NCBI GenBank assembly: GCA_963747235.1
Contig: CAVVEU010000024.1
Span: 672,001-736,000 of the forward strand
DNA from: an uncultured Candidatus Rokubacteria bacterium
Lineage (GTDB): Bacteria > Methylomirabilota > Methylomirabilia > Rokubacteriales > CSP1-6
DNA length: 64,000 nucleotides
Direction: 5' to 3'
The translations under genes and the position numbers were made by a program. Shown piece by piece: positions 9,802 to 21,076 of this stretch. How positions within the stretch are numbered: position 1 is the stretch's first letter; each line of letters starts with the position of its first letter. Under the pieces are notes generated by a model. The model searched no databases and was not told the DNA's origin. It saw nothing but the letters and a program-made list of their open reading frames with translations.

Positions 9802-10840
9802 ATGCGGGATCGGCCTGGCTCGGTGACCATGTGCGGCCTCCTCGCGGTCGCGGCCGCCGCCGAGGTCGAGGTGTCTCCCGATCGTCGCGCCGAGGTCGTG
9901 GTGGTCGGGATCCCGCGACCCGTGCAGCTCGCGCTGGACCCTTCCGCGGCACCTGGTGATCCTGAGCCATGGCTGGCGAGGCGACGCCGCCGCGGAGCTC
10001 TACCGGTTCGACCTCGCCGCGCTCCCGGTGGACGTCTCACGGCGCCTCGGATGGTCATCCCCTTCTCCCAGGGGCCGCGCAAGGTCGCCTTCGGGAGCCT
10101 CGCCCTGGATCCACGCTCGGGCGACCTCTTCATGGGCGAGGAGAACGGGAATCGTATCTACCGGCTGAGCGCCGACGGCAGCTTCGCCCTGTTCGGGGTC
10201 GGCCTGAACCACCTCCTCGGGGGATCGAGCCTCGCCTTCGATCGACGCGGCCGCCTGGTGGTGCTCGACTACGTCAGTCCCGAGGTCCAGCAGCGCTCGG
10301 AGAGTCCTCCGCCGGCCAGCTTCGAAGGGCTGAGCGACGACGCCTACCACGGACCGGTCGTGGTCCGGCTCGATCCCGCAGGAAGACGTGCCTCTGCCGA
10401 GACGCTTCGATCTGATCGCCCCGACTCCTGCCGAGAGGCTCGGCCCGTCCGGCGGGGATCGAGCCGCTCTTCCGGTTCATCTCGGTGGCGACGACGCGAT
10501 CGGGCACCATCGTGCTGCTCGACTCCGTGGGGCAGCTGCTTCGTGCTGACGGACGACGCGCGTACTCCGGCCACTGGCGCGCTTGCCCTCGGGGCACTAC
10601 CATCGCACCCACATGACGGTGGGGCCCGACGGGAGCGTCTTCGTCAGCAGCGGGTTCCACATCCGGCAGGTCTTCCGGGTCTCCCCGACGGGGGCGGTGA
10701 CCGTCGTCGCCCAGGACCTCGGAGATCCCGAGGGGATCGCGGTGGACGACGCGGGCGACCTCTACGTCGCGGAGAACGCCCTCCATCGCGTCATTCGGAT
10801 CCGCATGCCGGTCAGGCCCCCTCGAGCATCGCCGCGGTGA
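9802..10840 (+). CDS. Secreted NHL/SMP-30-like beta-propeller protein; several indels
   Basis: Stitched frames give PRPVQLALDP, GSLALDPRSGDLFMGEENGNRIYRL, SLAFDRRGRLVVLD, DPEGIAVDDAGDLYVAENALHRVIRI. Confidence 0.7.
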
Positions 10841-11685
10841 GGCCGCGGACGTATCCGCGGGCGAAGCAGGCGGAGATCGCCACGATCGGGATCGCCATCA
10901 GGTTGATGCCCGCCACCGCGAGCAGCTCGTCGAGCGCGACCTCCATGGTGCCGAGCCCCGCCGGGATGGTCTGGTTGATATCGCTGAGGAGGAAGACCGA
11001 GGCCAGCGTGAAGTCGCTCGCGATGGTGCCGAGCGTGAAGATGCCGGCGGCCACGAGCACGGGGCGGCTCAGGGGCAAGGTGATCCGGAAGAAGGCGGTG
11101 GCCCGGCTGGCCCCTTCGATGAGTGCCGCTTCCTCGATCTCGCGGGGCAGGTGCTGGAAGTACGCCGAGAGCATCCACACGCAGAAGGGCAGCGCGGTGG
11201 CGGGATAGACCAGCACGAGGACGAGCAGGTTGTCGTCGAGCCCGAGGGCGTGGACCACGTGGTAGAGCGGGACGAACAGGATGGTCTGCGGGATGACGTA
11301 GCTCGCGAAGATCACCCTCCGCCACCACCGGAAGCCGGGAGGGCGGAGGCGACCGAGGGCGTACGCGGCGGCGATGGCGGTCCCCAGGGTGAGGGCGACC
11401 GTTCCGGTGAAGACGACGATGGTGTTCTCCAGCCACACGAAGAACGGATAGGATCGGCGCAGGGCGGTCCCGACGAACCCGCGCGGCTCCCCCCGCGGGA
11501 CGAACAGCTCCTCGAAGTTCTCCAGGGTCGGATGAAGGACGATGAGCGGGTTGCCGAAGACGTCCTCCTCCGCGGTCTTGAGCGACTGGACGAGCACGAA
11601 GTAGATCGGGAAGAGGCAGTACACGATCGCGAGCACCACCAGGCCTCGGTGGCCGAGCCTCCCGCCAAAGCCGTCGCGGGTTCAC
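10812..11685 (-). CDS. CUT1 ABC permease (MalG type)
   Basis: FPIYFVLVQSLK, EIEEAALIEGA; GTG start overlaps the upstream TGA; indel near the 5' end. Confidence 0.85.
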
Positions 11686-12586
11686 GCGGGCTCCCGGTCC
11701 GGCGGATCGAAGAGCCGGAAGAGCACCAGCAGCGCGGCGAGCAGGAAGGGCACGAGCATCAGCGACAGCGCGGAGGCGGGGCCGAACTCCCCGGCCTGGA
11801 TGGCGAGCCAGTAGGCGTGGGTCCCGATGACCGGAAAGACGATCCGCCCGTTGGTCAGCATCCAGACGTTGGCGAGATCGGCGAAGCCGCTCGTGAGCGA
11901 CAGGAAGACGCCGAGCGCGAGGAACGGCTTGAGCACCGGCACCGTCACCATCCAGAACCGCTGCCACGCGCTCTTCGACTCGAGCGTCGCGTACTCGAAG
12001 AGCTCCGGGGGGACCGCGTTGATGCCGGCCAGGAGCAGCACGCCGATGAAGGAGCTGCCTCGCCAGATGTTGAACAGGGTCACGCTGAGAAAGACCCAGG
12101 CGCCGGTGCCGAGCGCGTTGTCCACCGCGTATTTCAACGTCCCCATGAACACGCTGTAGGAGGTGGTGATCGGGGGACTCAAGGTCCAGTACCAGCCGAT
12201 CACGCTCACGCTGGCCGGGTAGGCCCAGGGCAGGAAGATGGCCAGGAAGACCAGCGTCCGACCCCGGAACGGGCGGGCGAGCAGAAGGGCGAACGCCGAG
12301 GCCCACCGCGAGCTTGGCCACGGTCGTGACCGCGGCATGGACGACGGTGACCGTCGCCGCGAGCCAGAACTGCGGATCCTGCGAGGTGCCGGCGGTAGTT
12401 CTCGAGCCCGACGAACGCGGCGCCGCCGTCTTGGAGCGGCGACAGGCTGGTGAAGCTCGCCCAGACCTCCCAGCCGAGCGGGTAGGCGAGCGCGCCCCCG
12501 AGAAGCAGCAGCGCGGGCGCGAGGAGGAGGTAGGCGAGCCCGATCTCGCGCCGCCGGCGCGCGGCGGCGCGGGCTCTAGAAGGCAT
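11682..12586 (-). CDS. CUT1 ABC permease (MalF type); frameshifts
   Basis: LAYLLLAPALL...FVGLENY, NIWRGSSFIGVLLLAG, ELFEYATLE, divergent EAA loop. Confidence 0.8.
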
Positions 12587-14734
12587 AGCTGGACTCCCGC
12601 GAGCACGTGGATGGGGGGGGCGGGAGTCAGAAAGCGCTCGACCGGGGCCCCGGCCTCCCTGGGCATTGGGCGCGAAGGTCCCGAAGGTCTCGTACCGGTT
12701 GTCGAGCACGTTGTTGACCTTCAGGAAGGCCTCGACGCCGCGATGCTTGATCGTGATCCCGGCGTCCATGACCCAGAACCCCGGCAGGGGCGCCTGGCGG
12801 TTCACCTCGTCGCCGCGCAGGAACTGGGAGCTCGCGTAACGCGCGTCGAGGCTCAGGCCGAGCCAGGGCCAGGGGCGGTAGATCGAGGCCGGCGTTGACG
12901 CGATGTCGCGGCACGAGCGCGAACGAGCGCCCGGCCGCGACGGTCTGGCTGCCCGGCGGCAGCGGGGTGGCCAGGTCCACGCGGTCCTCGAAGGTCGCCT
13001 CGGTGTAGGCGTAGTTGAGATAGAGGTCCAGCGCGCGGCCTGCCCGGCCGCGAGCGCTCGCCTCGATGCCCTGACGCCGCGTGCTCCCGATGTTCTGGAA
13101 GAACACCCCGGTGGTGCCGGTGGGCGCGACGGCAAAGATGTCGTCCTGCACGTCGCTTCGGTACGCGGTGGCGCTGAGGTCCAGCCACGCGACCGGTCGC
13201 GCGTACACGCCGGCCTCATAGGTCCGCGCCTTGACCGCCTTGAGCGGGGGATCCGGAGCGACCCCGACCTGGAGGCCGGGACACACCGCGCCCGGCCCGG
13301 CGCAGGTCAGCTCGAGGAACGCGGGCGCGCGAAAGCCCTCGCCGTAGCTCACGAAGGCCCCGACGTGCTCGGTCAGATTGACGTTGATTCCGGCCCGCGG
13401 GTTGACCCGCTGGAACGTATGGGTCCCCCCGCTCGGCCCTCCGAGACGATCGTCGATCCGGTGCCGCAGCAGATCCCATCGGCCGGCCGCGGTCAGTACC
13501 ACGCTCGACCGCGGGCCCGCGAAGCCCCGCGCCACCGCCAGGCTGTCCTGGAGATAGACGCCGGCCGCGTCCTGCTCGTCCGCGAGGCTGGCCTCGAGCG
13601 AGCGCGATTCCTGGCTCTCCTGGAAGGTCCGGCTGGTCACGTCGTGCCGCGTGAACTCGGCGCCGGCGATGAGGACGTTGTCGTGTCCGAACACGGCGCC
13701 GGTCGTAGCTCGGCCTGGATCCGGCCGCCCACCGAGCGGGTGTGATTGAGCAGCCGGCTGTTCTCGGCGGTCGCGTTGACGTTGAACTGCTCGACCGAGA
13801 GGTCGCGGACGAACGTGTTGCGCCTCGACGGTCACGTGGTCGGCGAGGCGGTAGCGCGCGTTGAGGATGGCGAGATGCAGCTCCGGCGCGTAGAAGTCGC
13901 CGGCCGTGAAGTTCGCGGTGCGGTCGCGGCCGAGGCGCTCGCTGAGGCAGCGATCCGGCCTGCATGATCCGGTCGTTGCTGTACTGGTACGACACCGCCG
14001 CGTCGAGGTCGCCGGCGCGGGCGCCCAGCTTGGCGAATCCCTGCGAGAGCCGCGAGGCCGTGAAGTCCCGGTAGCCGTCTTCCTGCAGGCTGGGTGAGCG
14101 AGATGTGATAGTCGAGCGGGCGGGCCTCCCCGCTGGCCCGGAGCCGGTAGCGCTGCCGGCCGAAGCTGCCGGTCTCGAGCTCGGGGACGATCTCGCGCGT
14201 GGGCTCGCCCCGGCGGGTGACGATGTTGACGGCCCCCCCGAGGGTGTTCCGGCCGAACAGCACCGAGGGCCCGCGGATCACCTCGATGCTCTTCACGTCG
14301 TCCAGCGGGATCAGGTCGAAGTTGACCTCCTCGACGGTGGGCTCGTTGAGACGGACCCCGTCGAGGAAGACGCTGACGCCCTGGGGGAGGCCGGTCACCG
14401 GGGACGCGGTGAAGCCGCGCAGCGAGAGGTCCGGCTGGAACGGGTTGCCCTGCTCGTTCTGGAGCGTGACGCCCGGGTAGCGCTCGAGGGCCTCGGGCAG
14501 GCCCGCCGGCCGTCCTTCCCGCGCGTCCCGGCCCCTCACGGAATCCACCGCGCTCGGGACCCAGTTGCGGGGGAGTCCCTCGGACAGCGGGACCGGCGCG
14601 GTCACGAGCACGGGAGGAAGGACCACGGGGGCTTCAGCCGGATCGGCGGCCCCTACCGCCGCGGGGCTCGGCGCGGTCGCGATCGTCAGAAGGGCGAGAA
14701 TCGGCACCACCCTTCGGCGAGCGGAACCGACCAT
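12576..14734 (-). CDS. TonB-dependent outer-membrane receptor; multiple indels
   Basis: Signal peptide, TonB-box-like PVLVTA, plug SLRGF...VFLDGVRLN...IEVIRGPSVLFGRNTLGGAVNIVT, barrel SYGEGFRAP, KVNNVLDNRY; terminal Phe (..YAF*) after indel correction. Confidence 0.85.
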
Positions 14735-14784
14735 CCCACGGGGAGTCCGGCTGCCCCGGGTCGACACAACCCGGGGGCGCCTCT

Positions 14785-15643
14785 CTAGCCCTTGACCGCG
14801 CCGGCGGTCAGGCCGGAGACGTAGTAGTCGAGGAAGAGGACGTAGATCGACCACGATCGGGATGCTCGCGAGCAGCGCGCCCGCCATGAGCGAGCCCCAG
14901 AAGTAGATGTCGCCGCGGATCAGGTCGGAGGTGACGCCGACCACCGCGGTCTTGTTCGCCGACTGCGAGATGAAGGTCAGCGCGTAGGTGAACTCGTTCC
15001 AGCAGAGCGTGAAGCTGAAGAGCACCGCGCAGATGACCCCGGGGATGGCCATCGGCAGCACGATCTTCGTCAGCGTCTGCATGCGCGTCGCCCCGTCCAC
15101 GAGCGCGCACTCCTCGACCTCCCGCGGGATGGTCCGGAAGTAGCCCATGAGCAGCCAGGTGCAGAACGGCACCAGGAAGGTCGGGTAGATGACCATGAGC
15201 GCGGTGATCGAGTCGGCGAGTCCGAGCCAGACCACCACCTGCGACAGGGGCAGGAAGAGCAGGGTGGGCGGGATGAGGTAGGTGATGAAGATGGCGGTGC
15301 CGAAGGCGGCGGCGCCGCGGAAGCGCAGGCGCGCCAGGCTGTAGCCGGCCAGGATCGAGATGACCACGGAGATCGTCGTCGCCACCACCGCGACGGCCAG
15401 GCTGTTCTTCATCCAGGTGACGAAGTCCGTCTTCTGGAAGAGGAGCGCGTAGTGGTCCATGATCATGCCGCTCTGGATCCAGAACGGGATCGACTTGAGG
15501 TTGTACAGCTCGGCGTTCGACTTGAAGGACGTCACGATCATGAAATAGAAGGGGAAGAGCACGAAGAACACGTAGGGGGCCAGGTTCGCGTACGCGAACA
15601 CGTTCGACCGGATGCGGGCGCCGCGGCTCCTGGCCGAGGCCAT
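14785..15643 (-). CDS. CUT1 ABC permease (MalG type); indel near 14848
   Basis: LFPFYFMIVTSFK, EVEECALVDGA, GDIYFWGSLMAG. Confidence 0.88.
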
Positions 15644-15645
15644 CG

Positions 15646-16584
15646 CTACTCGTTCCTGACGTAGCGGAGCTGGAAGAAGACCACCAGCGCCAGGAGAGGG
15701 AAGATGAAGAGGGAGATCGCCGCGCCCTGGCCGAGGTTGCCGCCCTGGAGGCCGACCTGGTAGGCGAGGGTGGCGAAGAGATGGGTCGTGTTGATCGGGC
15801 CGCCGCGGGTCAGCACCTGCACGATGTTGAAGTCCGCGAAGGTGAAGATCGTCGAGAAGAGAATGACCACCGCGAGCACCGGCTTGATCAGGGGCAGCGT
15901 CACGTGCCAGAAGCGCCCCCACGAGCTCGCGCCGTCCACCTCGGCGGCCTCGTGGAACTCGCGGGGCACCGCCATCAGGCCCGCCAGCACCGTGATGGCG
16001 AAGAAGGGCAGGCCGCGCCAGACGTTGACCGCGATGACCGCGGTCATCGCGTACGCGGACTGCCCGAGCCAGTTGGGCCCCGGCGCGCTGATGAGGTGCA
16101 GGCTGATGGCGGTCCAGTTGACGACGCTGTAGAGCGAGTCGAACATCCAGAGCCACGCCAGGGTCGACAGCGCGGTCGGGATGACGAAGGGCAGGAGCAC
16201 GACGCCGCGGATGATGCGCTTGAACTTGAGATTGCGGGCCAGGAGCATCGCGAGCCAGACCCCGAGCACGATCTTGAGCGTGAGCGCGATGCCGGTGAAC
16301 ACGAACGAGTTCTGCAGCGTCTGCCGGAAGGTCTCGTTGCCGAGGATGTCGCGGTAGTTCGCCAGGCCGACGAAGGCCCCGGGTGACCCGACCCAGTAGT
16401 CGGAGAGGCTGAAGTAGATGGCCATCCCGAAGGGGAAGGCGACCAGCGAGACGAGCAACACGATGGCCGGCACGATGAGGCCGTAGCCGAAGACGTGCTC
16501 CTGCTCCCACCACTCGCGCAGCCGTGACTGGCGGCCGGGCCTCGGGAGCCCGGCCGCCTCCAGAACGCGTGGTCCGACGGCCAT
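15646..16584 (-). CDS. CUT1 ABC permease (MalF type)
   Basis: FVGLANY, NVWRGLPFFAITVLAGL, EAAEVDGA, LTRGGP. Confidence 0.92.
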   Translation of the reverse strand: MAVGPRVLEAAGLPRPGRQSRLREWWEQEHVFGYGLIVPAIVLLVSLVAFPFGMAIYFSLSDYWVGSPGAFVGLANYRDILGNETFRQTLQNSFVFTGIALTLKIVLGVWLAMLLARNLKFKRIIRGVVLLPFVIPTALSTLAWLWMFDSLYSVVNWTAISLHLISAPGPNWLGQSAYAMTAVIAVNVWRGLPFFAITVLAGLMAVPREFHEAAEVDGASSWGRFWHVTLPLIKPVLAVVILFSTIFTFADFNIVQVLTRGGPINTTHLFATLAYQVGLQGGNLGQGAAISLFIFPLLALVVFFQLRYVRNE

Positions 16585-16585
16585 G

Positions 16586-17903
16586 CTAGCCGACCTTCAG
16601 CTGTCCCTTGATGGCGAGCGCGATCTGCTCCTGGGCCCAGTCCATGGCCCGCTTGGTCGGCATGCCGTTGACGGCCTTGGCGACCATGTCGGTCATGATG
16701 TAGTTGTCGTCGATGCGCTGCACGGCCTCGCTCGGCTTGGCCGGCCAGCCACGCGGGTGCGCGTAGTCGGCCTCCTTGGGCAGCATGGCGAACTTCGGGT
16801 TCCGCGCCCAGATCGGGTGGTCGGCGAGGTTCTTGAGCGGCGGGTGGTTGAAGGCGTTCGAGGCCACGATCCACGCGTCGAAGTTCTGCTTCTGGAAGAG
16901 GTAGGCGATGAACTCCTTGGCCAGCTCCTGGTTCTTCGAGAACTTCCAGATGCCCGATGCTCAGGTTCGGCGGCGCGGAGTGGATGCCCGCCGGTCCCCC
17001 GGGGCTATTGTGGTGATTGATGTCGTCGGCGATGGGCTGCTTGTTGGCGAGCGCCGCATTGTACGGGCTGACCGGATTGTGGATCCACGAGCCCTTGCCG
17101 GAGAGGATGAAGCGGTTGTTGCCCGCGTCGTCCCAGGACAGGACCTCGGGCTCCATCGCGTCCCGGTAGAGCTCCTTGTACCACTCGATGACCTGTGGCC
17201 GTCTTGTCGGAGACGATGGCGGGCGTCTTGCCGTCGGCCTCGAGCACCTTGGCGCCCTGGGACCACGCCACCGACCAGTACGTCGAATGCGCGTCCGAGC
17301 AGTGGCTGATGGGAATGCCGACCGGGTTGCCCTGCTTCTTGAGCACCTTGCCCTGCTTCAGCAGCTCGTCCCACGTCTTCGGGGGATGCTCGAAGCCCGG
17401 CCTTCTTGAAGTGGGCCATGTTGTAGGTCGCCGGGAAACGAGACCCAGAACCACGGGACGGCCTTCCAGCCGGACTTGGTCTGGCAGCTCTCCGCCGCGA
17501 AGTTGTACCAGCCGCCGCCCTGCTTGCCGATCTTGGCGACCAGGTCGTCCATCGTGACGAGGAGGTTCTCGTAGAGGAACGGGTCGGCGCTCGCGGTCCG
17601 GTACATGTCGTGGCCGGACTGCGACTGGGCCTCGGCCGCGATCTTGGTCGGCATCTGCAGGTGGGCCATGGTGTCCACGCGGACCGTGCAGTTGTTGGCC
17701 TTGCCGAACGCCTCGGCCTGCTTGCGGAGCTCGTCGTCCGAGGCCGGGACGAAGTGGTTCCAGCTGAGGAACGTCAGCTCTCTCTTCTGGGCGAACGCGG
17801 GTGCCTTGTGCAGGGCGAGCCAGGACGCCATCCCGGCCGTGGTACCGGCGGCGGTGCGGAGGAAGCGACGACGGGCGATGCTGCGGGGAGCGGTCTGATC
17901 CAT
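16586..17903 (-). CDS. CUT1 ABC solute-binding protein, Tat-exported; several indels
   Basis: ARRRFL Tat motif, APAFAQ, PPKTWDEL, LSWDDAGNNRFILSGKGSWIHNP. Confidence 0.85.
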
Positions 17904-18008
17904 GGAGGTGCCTCCGTGTCGGTCGGGAGGTCTTGGGGCCAGTTGAGAGAACCCTAGCGCGCTTGTCTCACCTCCTCGTGAGCGAAGGCCGGGTCGAAAT
18001 GCTGCCCA

Positions 18009-18038
18009 CTTCTAGCCGGAAGGCCGGGGGCTTGTCAA
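18009..18038 (-). promoter_or_regulatory. Internal sigma70-type promoter for the SBP at 17903
   Basis: TTGACA, 18 nt, TAGAAG on the minus strand. Confidence 0.45.
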
Positions 18039-18058
18039 CCCCCGGCCGCCCGGTGTGC

Positions 18059-19153
18059 TTACTTGATGACCGCTTCGGTCTTGGACTCGAAGAAGTGGAT
18101 GCGCTCGGGCACGAAGGCCATGCGGATCTTCTCGTGGGGCTTCGCCTTGACGGACGGCTCCACCCGGCAGACCACCGACTGGCCGCCCACGCTCACGTTG
18201 AGCAGGATCTCGGAGCCGAGCGGCTCCACCACCTCGACCACCGCGTCGAACGCCAGGTCCGCCGAGTCGGCGCCGGAGCCCACCCGCAGATCCTCGGGCC
18301 GGATGCCGAGGGTGACCGCCTGGCCCTTGTAGGCCTGGAGCGCGCCCATCTTCGAGGCGGGCACCTTGGTCCGGAGCCCGTTGGTCTCGAGGAAGATCGA
18401 GCCGCTGGTCTCGCTGACCGTGACCGGCAGGAAGTTCATGGCGGGGGAGCCGATGAAGCCGGCCACGAACTTGTTGGCGGGCTTGCCGTAGATCTCGAGC
18501 GGCTCGCCCACCTGCTGCACGTAGCCGTCCTTCATGACCACCACGCGGCTGCCGAGCGTCATGGCCTCCACCTGGTCGTGGGTCACGTAGATCGCGGTGG
18601 TCTCCAGGCGCTCGTGCAGGCGCTTGAGCTCCACCCGCATCTGCACGCGCAGCTTGGCGTCCAGGTTCGACAGCGGCTCGTCGAAGAGGAACACCTGCGG
18701 GTGCCGCACGATCGCGCGGCCGACCGCCACGCGCTGCCGCTGGCCGCCCGAGAGCTGCCGGGGCTTGCGCTTGAGCAATTCCTGGATGCCGAGGATCTCG
18801 GCCGCGTCCTGCACCCGCTTGGCGATCTCGGGCTTGGGGAACTTCCGCATCTTGAGGCCGAAGGCCATGTTGTCGTACACGCTCATGTGCGGATAGAGCG
18901 CGTAGTTCTGGAACACCATCGCGATGTCCCGGTCCTTGGGCGGCAGGTCGTTGACGACCCGGTCGCCGATGGAGATCTCCCCGGAGGTGATCTCCTCGAG
19001 TCCCGCGACCATGCGGAGCGTCGTGGTCTTGCCGCAGCCCGACGGGCCCACGAAGACCATGAACTCCTTGTCGCGGATGGTGAGGTTCACGTCCTTGACG
19101 GCGTGCACCTCGTCGTACTTCTTGTTGAGGTCCTTGAGGACTACCTGTGCCAT
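18059..19153 (-). CDS. CUT1 ABC ATPase (MalK/UgpC/MsmX type)
   Basis: GPSGCGKTT, MVFQNYALYPHM, LSGGQRQR, DEPLSNLDAKLR, C-terminal TOBE region GIRPE. Confidence 0.95.
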   Translation of the reverse strand: MAQVVLKDLNKKYDEVHAVKDVNLTIRDKEFMVFVGPSGCGKTTTLRMVAGLEEITSGEISIGDRVVNDLPPKDRDIAMVFQNYALYPHMSVYDNMAFGLKMRKFPKPEIAKRVQDAAEILGIQELLKRKPRQLSGGQRQRVAVGRAIVRHPQVFLFDEPLSNLDAKLRVQMRVELKRLHERLETTAIYVTHDQVEAMTLGSRVVVMKDGYVQQVGEPLEIYGKPANKFVAGFIGSPAMNFLPVTVSETSGSIFLETNGLRTKVPASKMGALQAYKGQAVTLGIRPEDLRVGSGADSADLAFDAVVEVVEPLGSEILLNVSVGGQSVVCRVEPSVKAKPHEKIRMAFVPERIHFFESKTEAVIK

Positions 19154-19247
19154 TGGTTGCTCTCCCTCAAATAGGTTCCCCGAAGTCGGGTGCTCCGGGC
19201 TCTGGGCGCAGATACTAGCACGGGCACCAGGCCTCCTGGCCCCGGGG

Positions 19248-20099
19248 TCAGCCCTTCACCGAGCCGGTCAGCCCGGTGACGTAGTACTCGACGAAGAACG
19301 AATAGACGATCGCGACCGGGATGGAGCCGAGCAGCGCCCCCGCCATGAGCTGGCCCCAGAAGTAGATGTCGCCGCGGATCAGCTCCGAGACGACGCCCAC
19401 CGGGACCGTCTTCTTCTCCGGCGAGGACAGGAACACCAGGGCGTAGATGAACTCGTTCCAGGACAGGGTGAACGCGAAGATGCCCGCGGACAGGATGCCG
19501 GGCACCGCGATCGGGAAGATGATGCGCACCATCGCCCCGAAGCGGGTGGCCCCGTCGATCCGCGCGCACTCCTCGAGCTCCTTGGGGATGGTCTTGAAGT
19601 AGCCCATGAGGAGCCACGTACAGAACGGGATCAGGAAGGTCGGGTAGGTGAGGATCAGCGCCCACGGCGTGTCGCCGAGCTGGAAGGTGCGGATGATGTT
19701 GGCGAGCGGGATGAAGAGCAGGGTCGGCGGCACCAGGTAGGTGACGAAGATGCTGGTGCCGAGCGTGCCCGCCATCGGGAACTTGAGCCGCCCGAGCGCG
19801 TAGCCGGCCAGGAGCCCGCAGAAGAGCGAGATGACGGTCGACACGCAGGCGATGAAGAACGTGTTCCACAGCCACTTCGGGAACGTGGTCTTGGCCATCA
19901 GGTCCCGGAAGTGCTCGAGTGTCGGCTGCAGCGTCCAGAACGGCGTGTTGTTGGCCGCCCGCCAGGAGCGGTACAGCTCCGCGTCCGGCCGGATCGCGGT
20001 GATCAGCATCCAGTAGAACGGGAACAGGGTGCCGATGATGAAGATGGTGAGCGGGATATAGAAGTACACCCACCGCTTCCACCGCCGCTCGATGACCAA
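19248..20099 (-). CDS. CUT1 ABC permease (MalG type)
   Basis: LFPFYWMLITAIR, ELEECARIDGA, GDIYFWGQLMAG; TTG start just after the upstream stop. Confidence 0.88.
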   Translation of the reverse strand: MVIERRWKRWVYFYIPLTIFIIGTLFPFYWMLITAIRPDAELYRSWRAANNTPFWTLQPTLEHFRDLMAKTTFPKWLWNTFFIACVSTVISLFCGLLAGYALGRLKFPMAGTLGTSIFVTYLVPPTLLFIPLANIIRTFQLGDTPWALILTYPTFLIPFCTWLLMGYFKTIPKELEECARIDGATRFGAMVRIIFPIAVPGILSAGIFAFTLSWNEFIYALVFLSSPEKKTVPVGVVSELIRGDIYFWGQLMAGALLGSIPVAIVYSFFVEYYVTGLTGSVKG

Positions 20100-20103
20100 G
20101 AGC

Positions 20104-21074
20104 CTAGGCCCCTTCCAGGCGGCGAGGTAGCGGAGCTGGAGCCAGACCACGATGAAGAGGACGGGCAGCATGAACAGCGAGATCGCCGCGCCCTCGCCCA
20201 GCAGCCCGGTGGCGACGCCGATCTGGTAGGCGTAGGTGGCGAGCAGGTGGGTGGCGTTGGCGGGGCCGCCGCCGGTCAGCACGTAGATGAGCTGGAAGTC
20301 GGAGAAGGTCTGGATGATCGAGAAGACCACCACCACCAGCGTCACCGGCTTGAGCAGGGGCCACGTCACGTGCCAGAAGCGCTGCCAGCCGTTGGCTCCG
20401 TCGAGGGAGGCCGCCTCCTGCAGATCGGTGCTGATGGTCTGCAGCCCGGCCAGGAGGGTGATGGCGAAGAAGGGCATGCCGCGCCACGTGTTGACCGTGA
20501 TCGCGCACCACATGCCGTAGGTCCCGTCGGAGAGGAACGGTAGCTTGGTGGTGATGAAGCCCCAGTGGTAGAGCAGCCAGTTCAGCACGCTGAACGTCGG
20601 ATCGAACATCCACCGCCACGCGAACGTCGAGAGCACGGTCGGCACGATGAACGGCAGCAGCATCGCGGCCCGCACGATACGCTTGCCGCGGAAGTGACGG
20701 TTCAGCAGGAGGGCCAGCCACATGCCGAGCGCGAGCTTGAAGATGGTCGCCCAGAACGTGTAGAAGGACGTATTGTAGAACGCGGTCCGGAAGATCGAGT
20801 CGTTCCACGCCTTGATGAAGTTCTTGAGCCCGACGAACTCCCCCGGGTTGCCCACGCTGACGTTGCTGAGCGACAGCCAGACGCCCATCACGAACGGGTA
20901 GGCGATGAACACGCCGAGCATCACGACGGTGGGGGCGAGCAGCATGGCGGCCAGCAGCCGCTCGTTCTCGAGGAAGCGCGTCATCCCGGAGGGCCGGGAG
21001 GTACCCGGATGGGGCAGCACGACCTCCATGCCGGCCACCCCCGACCCGCCCGCGATGGGTTTCTTCATCGACAT
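20104..21074 (-). CDS. CUT1 ABC permease (MalF type); indel near the 3' end
   Basis: FVGLKNF, NTWRGMPFFAITLLAGL, QEAASLDGA; true end ..RRLEGA* at 20104. Confidence 0.88.
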
Positions 21075-21076
21075 CC

